Origin: Phycisphaerae bacterium
GTDB lineage: Bacteria > Planctomycetota > Phycisphaerae > UBA1845
Assembly (NCBI GenBank): GCA_963666835.2
Contig: CAXXGO010000006.1
Span: 256,001-320,000, forward strand
Length of the DNA: 64,000 nucleotides
Reading direction: 5' to 3'
Both the position numbers and the translations under genes were made by a program. The notes beneath the pieces are model-generated. The model did not search any database. It saw only the letters and a list, made by a program, of their open reading frames with translations, and was not told where the DNA came from. Each line of letters begins with the position of its first letter. Position 1 is the stretch's first letter. Positions 61,359-64,000 of this stretch are shown piece after piece.

Positions 61359-62714
61359 TTGATCATGACCTCACGACCTCGAGCAATCGTGTTGACAAGC
61401 TTGCTTGCCTGGATCCTAACCCCGACCGGGGCGACGGCAGATCCGCCCTCTACGCTGGATGGACTTGTCGTCCGGTTCTTTCACACGGACGATGTGGCCG
61501 AGCGGCGAGAGCTGAGCCAGGTAATCGCCCGCGCCGCCGACGGTTCCGTCGATGCCGTCGCCCAAGCGGTGCGCGAGGTCGACCTGTGGTCCGATATTGA
61601 GGGACACCCGTGCTTCATCTCGTTCGAACGTAGCGACGGAAGTGACGTAGACGTGTCATTACGCCTTCCGGACGGCTACGATCCCCGAAAGCCGTACCCG
61701 GTGCTTATCTGCATGCCCGATAACACCATAAATGCCTTGAACGCGCTCAGTGACGCCACTCGGGTTCTGGGCGACGCCATCCGCGGCTTCGTGCTGGTTT
61801 GCCCGCGCACACCGATCGGCGGCAGCTTCCACCAGCCGCTTGCCGCAAGTTCCGACACGGGTCGGTTCATGCGCGCGCTGCGCCGCCGAATCCACACGGA
61901 TACCAACCGGGTCTACCTCTTCGGCGCCGGGGCCGGCGGTGACCGCGCGTGGCTCTCGGCGATTATGCAAGCGGATTGGTTTGCAGGTGCCGTCGTCATG
62001 GCATCCTGTCCCCCGGCACCTTATACCGAGCAGGTCTATCCGCTGCTTTTGCCGAATCTGCGAAACGTCCCGGTCCTGTCGGCCTGGTCCCCCCCGAACG
62101 AAGAGCTGCCCTCAGACCATCGTTTCCGCATCGCGGCTCACAACCGCGGGATTGTCGAATTCGCCCGTCGGGCACGACTTCCGATTACCGGGCTCGAGTT
62201 GCCTTTTACCTCGCCGTTCTCAACGACCTTGCCACTTAGCCGCGTTACCCCGATCCTCACCCATTGCCGCCCCCCCGTCATCCGGAACGTTGCCCATCGG
62301 TTCCGTTACCCTGAACAAGGGCGGGCAAGTTGGCTGCGGATGGCGGAACCCCGCGAGCCAATCTGGCAAGCGGACCAGCTCGCAATCCTCCCGGCCGCAG
62401 GCACCGATCGGGACGCCTTCATCGCCGACACGGTAAGATCGCGGCTGCCCTTCCTCAGCGGCATCGTCGACGGCCAGACCCTCACCATTGAATCCCGCGG
62501 CTGCGCGCGGATCGACATACTCCTCACTGAAGGCCTTGTTGACCTCGATCAGCCGGTCACCGTCGTGTGCAATGGCCGAAAACGACACACCCAGCCGGCC
62601 GAGCCGAGCATCAAGACCCTCCTCGATACCGCCTACGAAGACTGGGACGTTCAGCGCCTGGTTTTTGCCAAGCTCTCGATTTCCATCCGCACCGACCCCG
62701 AACCGGATAATTGA
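61359..62714 (+). CDS. Secreted alpha/beta-hydrolase-fold protein (esterase/PHB-depolymerase-like), nucleophile Ser absent
   Basis: Signal peptide, LRLPDGYDPRKPYPVLI, DTNRVYLFGAGAGG, C-terminal VDLDQPVTV. Confidence 0.75.
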   Translation: MIMTSRPRAIVLTSLLAWILTPTGATADPPSTLDGLVVRFFHTDDVAERRELSQVIARAADGSVDAVAQAVREVDLWSDIEGHPCFISFERSDGSDVDVSLRLPDGYDPRKPYPVLICMPDNTINALNALSDATRVLGDAIRGFVLVCPRTPIGGSFHQPLAASSDTGRFMRALRRRIHTDTNRVYLFGAGAGGDRAWLSAIMQADWFAGAVVMASCPPAPYTEQVYPLLLPNLRNVPVLSAWSPPNEELPSDHRFRIAAHNRGIVEFARRARLPITGLELPFTSPFSTTLPLSRVTPILTHCRPPVIRNVAHRFRYPEQGRASWLRMAEPREPIWQADQLAILPAAGTDRDAFIADTVRSRLPFLSGIVDGQTLTIESRGCARIDILLTEGLVDLDQPVTVVCNGRKRHTQPAEPSIKTLLDTAYEDWDVQRLVFAKLSISIRTDPEPDN

Positions 62715-62741
62715 CGACGCGAGCCCACGCTATCCCCGCTC

Positions 62742-62770
62742 TTGACACCCTTTTGGGAAAGACGTATGTT
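62742..62770 (+). promoter_or_regulatory. Putative sigma70 promoter TTGACA-17-TATGTT
   Basis: TTGACA 62742-62747 and TATGTT 62765-62770, upstream of the sigma gene ATG at 62844. Confidence 0.6.
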
Positions 62771-62843
62771 CGGTTTTTGTTCTGGTCCACCTGGGGTGGG
62801 TGGACCGCATCTCGTTGTCATTCAACAGGGGGGGGGCAAACCA

Positions 62844-63851
62844 ATGAAAGAGGCATCCGACGCGCTTATACCGCTGACATCCGAGCAGCGCGAGCTGGTC
62901 CAGCGGAACTTAGGGCTCGTGGGTGTGCATTTGCGACGGTATGTGGGGAACCTCGCGGTATCGCGAAACACCCGCGAGTGGGACGATCTGTTTCAGGAGG
63001 GCTGCTTGGGCTTAATGCGCGCGGCCGTCGCCTTCCGAAAAGAGCGGGGTATTCCGTTTGCGGCCTTTGCGTTGCCGCGCATTCGTAACGCTGTCAGTCA
63101 CGCACTGCACTCCGAGTTCAGTATGATAAAGACCCCGTTCCGTTCGACCGGCGGCAAGGGGACGAACGATGCTCCGCAAGAATGCCGATCACGCCGACCC
63201 GCAGTCTGCAGTCTGTCCAACGGGTTGGAGACGACAATCGTGAACAAGCGGACGGACGGCGTAGATCCCTCGCCGGGTGAGACTATCGGGCAACGTCTAC
63301 GCACCAAGTACGAGCGGGCCGTGCGGCGCGTGGGGTCGCTCATGGCCGGGCAACCGTCCCCGCGCGGCGATCGAGATCGGTTGGTGCGACTGCTGGTTGA
63401 GGAGAGGTTCTTCGTTCCTCGCGAAGAGGACAAGCGGGCGCTGCGCCGAATTGCCCGCGATACGCAGTCTTCCTTCGCCCGCGTGGCCCAATGCGAGAAG
63501 CAACTCGCCGGCGCCGTGCGTGCCGTGCTCGAAGCCGACCCGGAGTTCAACACGCTACGGCAACTGGCTCGCCAAGACCCGCGAGGCCGGGACACACCAA
63601 TCGACCGTGAGGTCGAGGAGTCGCTCCGGGGTGCCGGTACTGACGAGTATATCCACCGATACCGCCGGGCTGATCCCCTGCATCGGGGCCGGATGCTCTA
63701 TTCGGTGCTACGCCAGTCCCCGGACGACGCCGAACAGCTTCTGCGCAGCAGGTTCGCGCGCCTGACCGATCGAACTCGCGAACACCTGCTCGATGACAGA
63801 CCGGGCCCGACCTGCCCTCGAAGGGAATCAGCGGTTTCGCACCCGGGGTAA
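62844..63851 (+). CDS. Sigma-70 family factor (FliA/WhiG-like region 2) with C-terminal extension
   Basis: NLGLV...DDLFQEGCLGLMRA...F..ERG..F..FA..RI, region-4-like LRRIARDTQSSFARVAQCEKQ, then about 100 further residues. Confidence 0.8.
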   Translation: MKEASDALIPLTSEQRELVQRNLGLVGVHLRRYVGNLAVSRNTREWDDLFQEGCLGLMRAAVAFRKERGIPFAAFALPRIRNAVSHALHSEFSMIKTPFRSTGGKGTNDAPQECRSRRPAVCSLSNGLETTIVNKRTDGVDPSPGETIGQRLRTKYERAVRRVGSLMAGQPSPRGDRDRLVRLLVEERFFVPREEDKRALRRIARDTQSSFARVAQCEKQLAGAVRAVLEADPEFNTLRQLARQDPRGRDTPIDREVEESLRGAGTDEYIHRYRRADPLHRGRMLYSVLRQSPDDAEQLLRSRFARLTDRTREHLLDDRPGPTCPRRESAVSHPG

Positions 63852-63898
63852 TCGCACGGGCTAGGGTGAGTCCACCTCGGTAGCGGGTGGCGCGGGTG

Positions 63899-63965
63899 CC
63901 CCATCCATTCCGGCGGGTACCGGCCCGGAACAGCCGGGGCCAAGTCCCCGCCGGAATGGGTGGGG
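63899..63965. repeat. 19-bp stem-loop after the sigma gene
   Basis: CCCCATCCATTCCGGCGGG (63899-63917) pairs with CCCGCCGGAATGGGTGGGG (63947-63965), with one G-T pair. Confidence 0.85.
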
Positions 63966-63966
63966 G

Positions 63967-64000
63967 GAAAGCGCCGGTAAGCCGGTGAGGAGTAGTGGAT
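63967..64000 (+). mobile_element. Probable 5' end of a second group II intron (cut by the window edge)
   Basis: GAAAGCG-CCGG-taag-CCGG-tga-GGAGTAGTGGAT versus intron 1 GAAAGCG-CCGG-gataaa-CCGG-cat-GGAGTAGCGGAT. Confidence 0.75.

Overview
GC-rich bacterial chromosome segment, most likely Planctomycetota/Phycisphaerae; this is inferred from gene content, IPTL-CTERM/dockerin-like secreted proteins and zinc-ribbon proteins. Housekeeping genes: trpB (partial), a SahR-like regulator with ahcY, eno with an ftsB-like gene, a nusA-infB-(Zn-ribbon)-DUF503-rbfA-HhH-TPR-yebC run, and comF. Accessory genes: a GT2 + BshC-like pair, a TPR lipoprotein, a PQQ-type propeller protein, TetR with its target, a giant heme-c/PocR hybrid kinase, lemA-M48, an ECF sigma/anti-sigma pair, a 1561-aa beta-helix surface protein, a kinase with two REC-CpaE ATPases, an RND pump and an atypical sigma-70. 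Intergenic DNA is dense with palindromic REP-like families, including 77-bp and 191-bp tandem arrays. Main find: a 670-nt ORF-less group II intron (3364-4033) inserted precisely inside one copy of the dominant GTAG-REP. Its EBS1 (CAGGTC) pairs with the REP sequence GACCTG, and the joined exons rebuild an intact REP seen at 48696-48735. It has a non-canonical GAAAGCG 5' end and an altered branch-point helix. A second, diverged intron with the same GAAAGCG start appears to begin at 63967, right after a 19-bp hairpin, at the window edge. About 19 empty target junctions lie in the window. All calls were made by eye; no searches were run.
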